From positions 1 to 62,097 of the forward strand of contig JAPLYG010000019.1 in the NCBI GenBank assembly GCA_026395685.1: a stretch of DNA of 62,097 nt. Reading direction: 5' to 3'. This DNA comes from Candidatus Parcubacteria bacterium. GTDB taxonomy: Bacteria; Patescibacteriota; Patescibacteriia; CAIXNZ01. The notes under the pieces are model-generated. The model was not told the origin of the DNA. It did no database searches and saw only the letters and a list, made by a program, of their open reading frames with translations. Shown piece by piece: positions 55,070 through 62,097 of the stretch. Both the position numbers and the translations under genes were made by a program. Position 1 is the first letter of the stretch. Every line of letters starts with the position of its first letter.

Positions 55070-55630
55070 CTAATTCCTCCCCCATTTCCTCAATTTCTTT
55101 CTCAGCTGCGCATAATCAGGGATGGTCTTACCGACTAAATTCCAAAATTTGGCGGCATGATTAAATTCCTGCAAATGGCAAATTTCATGCGCTACAATAT
55201 ATTCAGCCAATTCACGGGGCATAAAAGCAATTTTATAGCTAAAATTCAAATTTCCTTTTTTGGAACAGCTGCCCCAGCGTGTTTTCTGATTTTTTATTTT
55301 AAGCGCATTATACTTAAAGCCATAAATGCTGTTATAGTTTGCTACTAATTCACGAACTAAAATCAAGGCTGCTTTTTTATTTTGGCGATACTCTTTTGGA
55401 TCAGCAACAGCCCTTAGTCTGCCAAATTTTTTAAAATATTCAATTTTACTTAAAATCCAATTTGCCCGTTCTCTTAAAAAATTATTCACGAAAAAAGAGC
55501 CTAAATACTGAGGACGAGTCACCACTAAAGAGCCGTCACAATAAATAGCCAGGCGTAAATTTTTTGCCCGGCTACTGGTTTTTAAGGTATATTGCACTAT
55601 CTGATTATTTAATTGAATTTCATTGATCAT
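55070..55630 (-). CDS. YgjP-like (DUF45/M48 superfamily) metal-dependent hydrolase
   Basis: 186 aa. RWGSC and HEICHL zinc motif. Confidence 0.7.
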   Translation of the reverse strand: MINEIQLNNQIVQYTLKTSSRAKNLRLAIYCDGSLVVTRPQYLGSFFVNNFLRERANWILSKIEYFKKFGRLRAVADPKEYRQNKKAALILVRELVANYNSIYGFKYNALKIKNQKTRWGSCSKKGNLNFSYKIAFMPRELAEYIVAHEICHLQEFNHAAKFWNLVGKTIPDYAQLRKKLRKWGRN

Positions 55631-55726
55631 AAAAATATATCAATATTACTTGAATTATAGCATATAGTTACTGATAAAGTCGCCCTAAAAATGGCTTTTA
55701 TTATAATTAAGATTAGTCAATTATCC

Positions 55727-55755
55727 TTGACAAAGCCCATTATTTATGCTAATAT
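55727..55755 (+). promoter_or_regulatory. Sigma70-type promoter (TTGACA-N17-TAATAT, TGC extended -10)
   Basis: TTGACA at 55727-55732 and TAATAT at 55750-55755. Confidence 0.5.
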
Positions 55756-55866
55756 TATATATTCCTAAACCTGATACCCGCTATTGGGTTTTGGTTTTTG
55801 TAATAATAATACTGGTTCGTTAAAATCAACTTTTCAACCAACACAAAACAAGAAAAGGAGTCAGCG

Positions 55867-57093
55867 ATGAAAAAGCTTACGATTGCGGCCATTATCGTCA
55901 TTTCCCTGCTTCTCTCCCTTACCACCGGTTGCGACTCGCCGGAGCAGACGGTGATCTACAAGAACGCTCCGAGCAACAACAACGGCGTCAAGGACAACGA
56001 CTTGACCTGGCAGGACATCTACATGGACAACATCCTGTCGGTCGCCAAAGTCCACGTCTACCAGTGCACCTGGATCGTGTTCGAACCCAGCGAATTCTGC
56101 ATCGAAATCATGACCGGGAGCGGATTCGTGGTGGCGGACAATGTCCTTGCCACCAACTGGCACATTGGGGAATACTACTCCGAGGTCGACCTGTACAACC
56201 TGCCTGACAGCGTGACCTACTATCGGCTCTACGTGCAGTACCCGGCGTACCAGACCCTGGATAACAACGAGTTCCTCCAGGACAGGTACGAGGTCGAGGG
56301 ATCGTATTCCTCCCTGAAGCAGCATGATCTGGCCCTGCTCAAGGTCAACACCCTTGGCCGGACCCCGGTCAAACTGAGCCAGGACCGCTGGGAAGATCTG
56401 GAAATGCTCACCGAGGTCATGGCCATGGGGTATCCCCTCTACTTTGAATTCGTGGCAACCACCGGCACCGTGGGCGACATCTTCACGAACGAAGACATCT
56501 ACAACGACGTCTACTGGATCACTCCGGACACGAAGCTGATCAAGCACGATGCCCAGATCGACGGCGGAAACTCCGGCGGTCCGCTCTTCAACAAGAAGGG
56601 CGAAGTCATCGGCATCAACTTCGCTTCGCTTCTTTCCCAGCAGACCGCCCACTCCTTCGCGCTGACCGCCGATTACCTGAGACTCGTGGACCTGGACAAC
56701 ATCAACTTCGATATCCGGGTGATCCGCCGGCCCGAAGATTTCACCGCGACTCGGCTGTTCTACAACAAAGGCGAATTGAACCCTGTCTGGGAAAGCGAAA
56801 CCTACGGCTTCACGGTAAAAGCCGGATGCATGTACAAGTTCCACTCCTCGGGTGACGATTTCGCCGACGACAATACGCCGCAGCAGCCAGCCTTTACCAA
56901 CCTGGACCTCTGGATCGATAACGGCACCTGGATTATTGCTTCGCCCGACTGGAACAGCCCGATCCAGACATTCCTGAACTACCAGGCCGGCGTCGACGGA
57001 AACGCCTACCTCTCGATCTACATCAACCAGTACTACCTTACGGATCCTGGCTGGTATGAACTCTCCGGCTGGGAATTCTGCCCGGCAAATTAA
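55867..57093 (+). CDS. GC-rich trypsin-like (S1/HtrA-type chymotrypsin fold) serine protease lipoprotein with an extra C-terminal beta-rich domain
   Basis: 408 aa. Lipobox LTTGC. Triad candidates NWH, HDLALLK and GGNSGGPLF. RBS AAGGAG. Terminator CGGGAAC-GAAAG-TTCCCG plus T-run. Strong G/C third-position bias. Confidence 0.75.
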   Translation: MKKLTIAAIIVISLLLSLTTGCDSPEQTVIYKNAPSNNNGVKDNDLTWQDIYMDNILSVAKVHVYQCTWIVFEPSEFCIEIMTGSGFVVADNVLATNWHIGEYYSEVDLYNLPDSVTYYRLYVQYPAYQTLDNNEFLQDRYEVEGSYSSLKQHDLALLKVNTLGRTPVKLSQDRWEDLEMLTEVMAMGYPLYFEFVATTGTVGDIFTNEDIYNDVYWITPDTKLIKHDAQIDGGNSGGPLFNKKGEVIGINFASLLSQQTAHSFALTADYLRLVDLDNINFDIRVIRRPEDFTATRLFYNKGELNPVWESETYGFTVKAGCMYKFHSSGDDFADDNTPQQPAFTNLDLWIDNGTWIIASPDWNSPIQTFLNYQAGVDGNAYLSIYINQYYLTDPGWYELSGWEFCPAN

Positions 57094-57225
57094 CGACTAC
57101 GGCGGGAACGAAAGTTCCCGCCTTTTTTTATCTAAATTTAATAGCAGCACCGTATTTTTCTTACCAGCTGTACCTATGTAAAAATAAAAGCGCCTAGCCG
57201 AGTGAATCAGCTACGCGCTTATTTT

Positions 57226-57495
57226 TTACTTTAGTTCCACCCAAAGGGAAAACCCCGGAATCTGTTTCCATTTCGAAACATTTCGCTGGTGAGATATTAT
57301 TAAAGGCTTAACTGCAAAATCTTTCTTGATATAAACCTGCTCAGGATTATTTCTCGAAAAATCCTCCAGAACCACTTCGATATCCTCTTGATGTTCTGAT
57401 GTTACAAGCAACTTTTGGCTTTCAACAACCAGAATAAAATTCGCCAGCCTAAAGGCTCTTTTCGGATGTTTATCCTTTTTAATCTTCCTCCTCAC
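57226..57495 (-). CDS. Hypothetical basic small protein
   Basis: 89 aa. Its start overlaps the upstream gene end by 17 nt. Confidence 0.4.
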   Translation of the reverse strand: MRRKIKKDKHPKRAFRLANFILVVESQKLLVTSEHQEDIEVVLEDFSRNNPEQVYIKKDFAVKPLIISHQRNVSKWKQIPGFSLWVELK

Positions 57496-58282
57496 CTACA
57501 CCTCCTTTAAAATAGTACTCCAATTTTTCATCCAGCAGTAAGGCCTGATAAAACTTTGCCGGAAAAAGCCGATTGAAGCGTACTTCCCCCAAAATTCTTT
57601 TAAGCTTGAATTTGGTATCTGTGCCGATTTGAATAAAAGACATCAAATCAGAAACGGGATAATTATAAATCGGCACATAGCCGTTGGCGTAACCCTGATA
57701 CTCAGCCAAGCCTTCCTTGAGCCTGGTCAAAACATTGCAGCACATATTTCTGGCTTCCCGTCGTTTTTCCAAAAGTGCCAGATAGATCACGATCACAGCC
57801 CGATCAAAATCCGGGATTTCACGTTGAAAAACTACCCGGCATTTGAAACAGATGATGTGCTTTTGCAAAAACTCATCTGCCCTAATTAATTCGACCAGCC
57901 GACTTACCACTGTTGGGATATAATCTTCGTTTACCTGCAGATGAATTTTATATTCCCGGGACATGGCAATCATGCTTTGCTGTATAAATTCCCAGGCAGG
58001 AGAAGGAAATTTGATATTGGTCGGCAAAGCATCAATTTTATGTAAAATATTGTCCTGGTAATTGCTCAAATCATCCAAGCCGTCTTCATTTACAATAAAC
58101 AGATCAGAAGTATCATCATGATAACCGCCGGGATGCAGAGCAGAAGAAGACCGGATCTGGCTATCAGACAAGGATCTGATATAACGTCTCAAATAAAAAC
58201 AGCGATCTGTTAATGTAGTTAATTCACCCCAATTATTCTTGGCCTGAAAGCCGGACAAAACCGTATGTTCAGAACTACCCAT
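57479..58282 (-). CDS. Hypothetical protein
   Basis: 267 aa. RBS AAAGGAGAAGAAA and promoter TTGACA-N17-TAGATT upstream. No motif confidently recognised. Confidence 0.55.
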   Translation of the reverse strand: MGSSEHTVLSGFQAKNNWGELTTLTDRCFYLRRYIRSLSDSQIRSSSALHPGGYHDDTSDLFIVNEDGLDDLSNYQDNILHKIDALPTNIKFPSPAWEFIQQSMIAMSREYKIHLQVNEDYIPTVVSRLVELIRADEFLQKHIICFKCRVVFQREIPDFDRAVIVIYLALLEKRREARNMCCNVLTRLKEGLAEYQGYANGYVPIYNYPVSDLMSFIQIGTDTKFKLKRILGEVRFNRLFPAKFYQALLLDEKLEYYFKGGVGEEED

Positions 58283-58440
58283 TTTCTTCTCCTTTGATTA
58301 TATAGGGATTAGATTGTTTTAAGGTACTGATAGTTTAATCTATATTATTTTAGGGCAAATGTCAATAAGATTTGCGGTATTGTGCAAATAAAAAGCGTTC
58401 CCACTGGCGAGAACGCATTTTTATATAAAAAAATCAAAGT

Positions 58441-59085
58441 TTACTTATAATTCTTTATCTCCTGACCCAACCTGGATGCAAACTGTAAGACTTCATCGCC
58501 CTCCAGCACCTTGGAGCTTGAGCGTTCAATGCTGATAAATTTTTCCGGACCCAAGACCAGATAAACCGTATTTATTATGCCGTTCTCCTGAACCGCATAA
58601 AAATTTTCCATGGGAATGCGGTCATCAGTTTTGATCGTATGGCCGATATATTCCCTGCCTTTTTTCTGATCAGCTACACTTAAATAATCCATAACCAGCA
58701 TGACATATTGCTTATCATCCAGATAATAAGAACAATTATATAAGCTGGCAATGGGAGAGGGCACGATTTTCGCCAGTTTGTTGCCCAAGATATTTTCCAT
58801 GAATTCTTTAGTAAACTGGCCGCAAATATCTTCTACAATATAATATGATTTATCCTGGCGAGACGGTTCACCCGGAAATTCTATAAAACAGTTAGCTAGC
58901 CTTTTACCCTTGTCGCCATAGCCTGCAACGTCAACTGCACCGGGAGTACAATTTCCTACAGTATTATTTATTGAACCGACATTGCCGGAATTCTGTATTG
59001 GCTGGTTTATTTGAGTTTCATTTTTTTTGGGCGCACAACCCGCTATGAGCAAACAAAATAAAACGAGAATAGTGAATTTTTTCAT
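58441..59085 (-). CDS. Lipoprotein of unknown function
   Basis: 214 aa with lipobox LLIAGC. Confidence 0.55.
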   Translation of the reverse strand: MKKFTILVLFCLLIAGCAPKKNETQINQPIQNSGNVGSINNTVGNCTPGAVDVAGYGDKGKRLANCFIEFPGEPSRQDKSYYIVEDICGQFTKEFMENILGNKLAKIVPSPIASLYNCSYYLDDKQYVMLVMDYLSVADQKKGREYIGHTIKTDDRIPMENFYAVQENGIINTVYLVLGPEKFISIERSSSKVLEGDEVLQFASRLGQEIKNYK

Positions 59086-59097
59086 ATTATTGAATTA

Positions 59098-59757
59098 TTA
59101 TTTACAGCCAAGCTGCTGGCGGCACATTGACTTGCTGGAGGCGTCAGAAATATTATCACAAGTTGCGCACATTGTCTTAGTATCAACATTTTGCATAGCC
59201 GGATTATTGCCGCTATTTAAATTATTTAAAGTCTTTTGCGCATTTTCCATCAATGTCGTGTAATCAACAAAATTAACATCTGCAGGAACGCTAAATAGCG
59301 CCTCGTCCTTTAACCACGCATAACAATCGTAATCAAATTTTTCCTGATAATTATCCAAGCCGGCCTCATCTGCCTGAGTTTGAGCTGTCCCTGATTTCAA
59401 GGCATCGCTTGCCAATGTTTCTAATTTCATTTTAATAGCCATCTCGGGATTTTCGTCTGTCCAGCTATAAAGCCAAGTACCGTCATTAATCATGTGAGTG
59501 CTTACTGCTGTTTTATCGTCAACTTTATTTTTGTAATCTGTACGCGCTCTTGTACCGGAAATAAAAGTAGTGCCCGAAACAATACTTTCACCTTCTTTGG
59601 CGACCAAGTTGCACTTTATATCCTTGCCTTTAGCCATCAAATCATCGATTGATCCGGATAATTTTTCTGACTTTGGTTGTTGGACTGATGATGTTTTTGA
59701 GCCACATCCAGAAACAACTAAAACAGCCAGCAATAAAACAAAAATAAATTTCTTCAT
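59098..59757 (-). CDS. Lipoprotein of unknown function
   Basis: 219 aa with lipobox LVVSGC and a C-terminal CATCD...C...C. Confidence 0.55.
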   Translation of the reverse strand: MKKFIFVLLLAVLVVSGCGSKTSSVQQPKSEKLSGSIDDLMAKGKDIKCNLVAKEGESIVSGTTFISGTRARTDYKNKVDDKTAVSTHMINDGTWLYSWTDENPEMAIKMKLETLASDALKSGTAQTQADEAGLDNYQEKFDYDCYAWLKDEALFSVPADVNFVDYTTLMENAQKTLNNLNSGNNPAMQNVDTKTMCATCDNISDASSKSMCRQQLGCK

Positions 59758-59920
59758 GAATTTTAATTTAATATTTAATATTTACTTAACTAATATAGGT
59801 TTTGAGGATCATATTATTACACCTTTATAATAACGGTAATTTAAAAAAATATCAACAATAAAAGGAATCCCGCAGTGCGGAATTCCTTTTAGGGAAATTA
59901 TGAACTCTATTTAATTTTTA

Positions 59921-60424
59921 CTACTTTGACTGGACAGTAGCATTTTGGCTGCCGTCACTTGGAGCTTGTTCCAGCTTTAAGCCTCTTACAGGTCCGCGAC
60001 CTTTGTGTGGGCCAAACTTTTTACCTGACTCAGGACCGGTTAAACCTAAATTTTCTCGGATTTGTTTGGCCTGATCAAATTTAGCTTTGGCTTCCTGTTC
60101 AAGGTTATATGCTTGAATTAAAAGAGAAAATTTGTCTGCAGTGACTTTCTTGGCTTCGTCACTATCAGCGCCGACTGCTGTGACCCAAGCATTATAATCA
60201 TTGGCTGCCAAAGCGCTTTCAATGGCTTTCATTTTAGTTTCCATCTCAGCACGCTTAGCATCCATTTCTTTTTTGCTTGAGCGCATTTCGTCAGTTATAG
60301 CGGCCTTAACAACAGTATTATCCTGACTAACAGCCGAAGCTGCATAAGAAGCTCCTGCCATGCCTATAACGGCAATTAAAGCGATTGCTACTGCGCCTAA
60401 AGAAATGATTTTATTTTGCTTCAT
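59921..60424 (-). CDS. Secreted/anchored helical protein downstream of the sigma/anti-sigma pair
   Basis: Start refined to MKQNKIISLG. Signal anchor followed by an Ala/Lys/Glu-rich helical region. Confidence 0.5.
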   Translation of the reverse strand: MKQNKIISLGAVAIALIAVIGMAGASYAASAVSQDNTVVKAAITDEMRSSKKEMDAKRAEMETKMKAIESALAANDYNAWVTAVGADSDEAKKVTADKFSLLIQAYNLEQEAKAKFDQAKQIRENLGLTGPESGKKFGPHKGRGPVRGLKLEQAPSDGSQNATVQSK

Positions 60425-60502
60425 TAATTGTAATTTAATAATTAAGAAATAAAGGCTGCCTTTGCCTAGTAATACGGAGCTGAAAATTTTTCCTTTCATT
60501 TT

Positions 60503-61255
60503 CTACCTGGGCTGAAGAATCCGTAATTCAAAATATTGATGCAGCTGATGCGGAGGCACAAAATGAGGCCTTAATTCCCTAATTTCAACTGCCTTAAAAA
60601 TATAATTATTCTCTTCTTCTCCCACCGCAATGATATGATTGCCGAGGGAACAAGGACAGTTAATAATTTCTGGTGATATCAATACTTTCCAATTTTCATT
60701 TTTAATGTCTGTCAGTATTAATTCATTTGGGCTGACTACTTGGATAATTTGGCCGGGCAAGACTCCGAATTCGGGACGGTTGAATATTTTTTGCCTGGGA
60801 TTAAGCCACTCAGTATAAAAAGGCATTCTTCTATTAAAAACCTCATCAATAGCATGGGCCAGACCGCTATTATAAAAAATCAAGCCCAAAAATATGCTTA
60901 AAATAAAACTGCCTAAAATAACAGCATAAGCATGGTACTTGTAGCCATTTTTTGTTTTAAAAAAATAATAATAGATGGCTGCTAAAAAAAGGCCTAAAAG
61001 CACTAGCCAAAAATAGGGCAAACTTGCCAAAATGAAAGCAAATAAATTATGCCTGGCCTTTTCATACAAATCCCATTGATTCGTATCAATCATAAAAATA
61101 ATCACTGAACTGGCTAAACTGCCGACAATCAGCAATACTGCTAGAAATAGCCACAGAGCTGTATTTTTGAGCACAAACTCCCACTTGGGCTTGGGACTGA
61201 TATGCTTTTCTTTTAATTGCTCGATAATTTTCGAGCTAATAGTGTTATTTTCCAT
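60503..61255 (-). CDS. Membrane protein, possible anti-sigma factor
   Basis: 250 aa with four TM helices, immediately downstream of the ECF sigma gene. The assignment rests on position only. Confidence 0.4.
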   Translation of the reverse strand: MENNTISSKIIEQLKEKHISPKPKWEFVLKNTALWLFLAVLLIVGSLASSVIIFMIDTNQWDLYEKARHNLFAFILASLPYFWLVLLGLFLAAIYYYFFKTKNGYKYHAYAVILGSFILSIFLGLIFYNSGLAHAIDEVFNRRMPFYTEWLNPRQKIFNRPEFGVLPGQIIQVVSPNELILTDIKNENWKVLISPEIINCPCSLGNHIIAVGEEENNYIFKAVEIRELRPHFVPPHQLHQYFELRILQPR

Positions 61256-61265
61256 ATAAATATAA

Positions 61266-61853
61266 CTAATTTATTTCCAGGTTTGTTTGCTTTATCTTTT
61301 CTTTAAACTGTTTTTTCGCCCTGCTAATCCAGGTAGCAATTGTATTTTCCGGTTTTTGTAAGATATCTGAAATCTCCTTATAGCTTTTATTTTCTAAAAA
61401 TTTTAGTTCCAGTACCTGGGCGTATTTATAATCCATATCTTTAAAGATTTTGCGTATTTGGATAGCCAAACTTTCCTGATCTAATCTTCTTTTGATATCA
61501 AAATCAGACTGTATCTTATCTATAATTTTATTATCAATATCCCAGCTGATTACTTTACTTTTATTTTTATTGCGGCGAAAACTAGTAATTACTTCATTAT
61601 GGACAATACGATAAATCCAAGAAGAAAATTTTAATCTGGGATCAAATGAATTTAAATTCTGGTAAACTTTAATAAAAACATCCTGAAGTATATCCTCAGC
61701 TTCTTCACGGGAAAAACTGGACAAACGCAAAATATAACGCTTTAGCTGAGCCTCATAGCGCTTGATTATATAAACGTAATTCTCCTGTTTTGCCAGACTT
61801 AAAGCCACCAACTCAGCATCGCTTTTTTGTTCAATTTCCCCAATATTGTTCAT
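61266..61853 (-). CDS. ECF-type sigma-70 family RNA polymerase sigma factor
   Basis: 195 aa. Region 2 (AEDILQDVFIKVY...FSSWIYRIVHN) and region 4 HTH (SYKEISDILQKPENTIATWISRAKK). Confidence 0.8.
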   Translation of the reverse strand: MNNIGEIEQKSDAELVALSLAKQENYVYIIKRYEAQLKRYILRLSSFSREEAEDILQDVFIKVYQNLNSFDPRLKFSSWIYRIVHNEVITSFRRNKNKSKVISWDIDNKIIDKIQSDFDIKRRLDQESLAIQIRKIFKDMDYKYAQVLELKFLENKSYKEISDILQKPENTIATWISRAKKQFKEKIKQTNLEIN

Positions 61854-62097
61854 GCATTTATTATAATCTTATACATTATATTACGCAAAAAAGGGCTTTA
61901 TTATTTCAATAAAAAAACAGTCAGCTGACCGCCTTAAGGAACAATTTTATAAATTTAATGACGTCCTCCCCGCACTCAAAAAACCGCCCCTAACGGGTCG
62001 GTTTTTTTCATACGGGGTTTCCTTTGCTCCGCTACTCATGAGAATTCAGCGACGATATTTCAGCCGTAACATCAACACCTCTGTCATAATTCCCTTG

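Noticed and set aside
55861-56844. 327-aa ORF on the minus strand
   Set aside because: It lies entirely antisense to the protease gene (55867-57093), which has clear motifs. The sense gene's G/C-ending codons suppress antisense stop codons. The translated product is low-complexity (V/D/G/H/R-rich), so this is a shadow ORF.
62032-62097. Possible 3' end of a minus-strand GC-rich gene entering from the right edge (…NSHE-stop) followed by a hairpin plus T/A runs at about 61988-62018
   Set aside because: Only 21 codons are visible, which is too little to support a call.

Overview
This is an AT-rich bacterial chromosome segment, roughly mid-30s % G+C by eye. It has compact, mostly minus-strand genes and many small secreted proteins or lipoproteins of unknown function. 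The gene content (inference) resembles a reduced-genome CPR/Patescibacteria-like organism. Recognisable housekeeping genes are yidC, nusA, trpS, murA, polX, argS and greA, plus tRNA-Val, tRNA-Leu and two tRNA-Trp.

The most interesting part is a compositionally distinct block at about 16.6-29.2 kb. It carries a second TrpRS with a 4-Cys Fe-S type motif and its own GC-rich tRNA-Trp. It also holds a clear T-box leader in front of a TrpD-family paralog, a chorismate-mutase::methyltransferase fusion and a flavin-reductase/SPASM radical-SAM pair. The remaining genes are HAD phosphatases, a kinase-fold protein, a BtpA-family protein, an M20 amidohydrolase and two tiny acidic ORFs. I cannot match this combination to a described system.

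Other notable features:
- A Y1/RAYT-type transposase is bracketed by inverted hairpins.
- Families of GC-rich palindromic mini-elements are present. Three of them sit inside a duplicated tRNA-Trp 5' half, and the intact copy shows the empty sites.
- A GIY-YIG cassette is wedged against tRNA-Trp.
- A perfect 49-bp duplication lies at the tRNA-Val 5' end.
- An RRE-SPASM radical SAM enzyme has a possible tiny precursor ORF.
- Three sharply GC-rich lipoprotein/protease ORFs are driven by native-looking promoters.

All calls come from reading the sequence and ORF track. No database searches were run.
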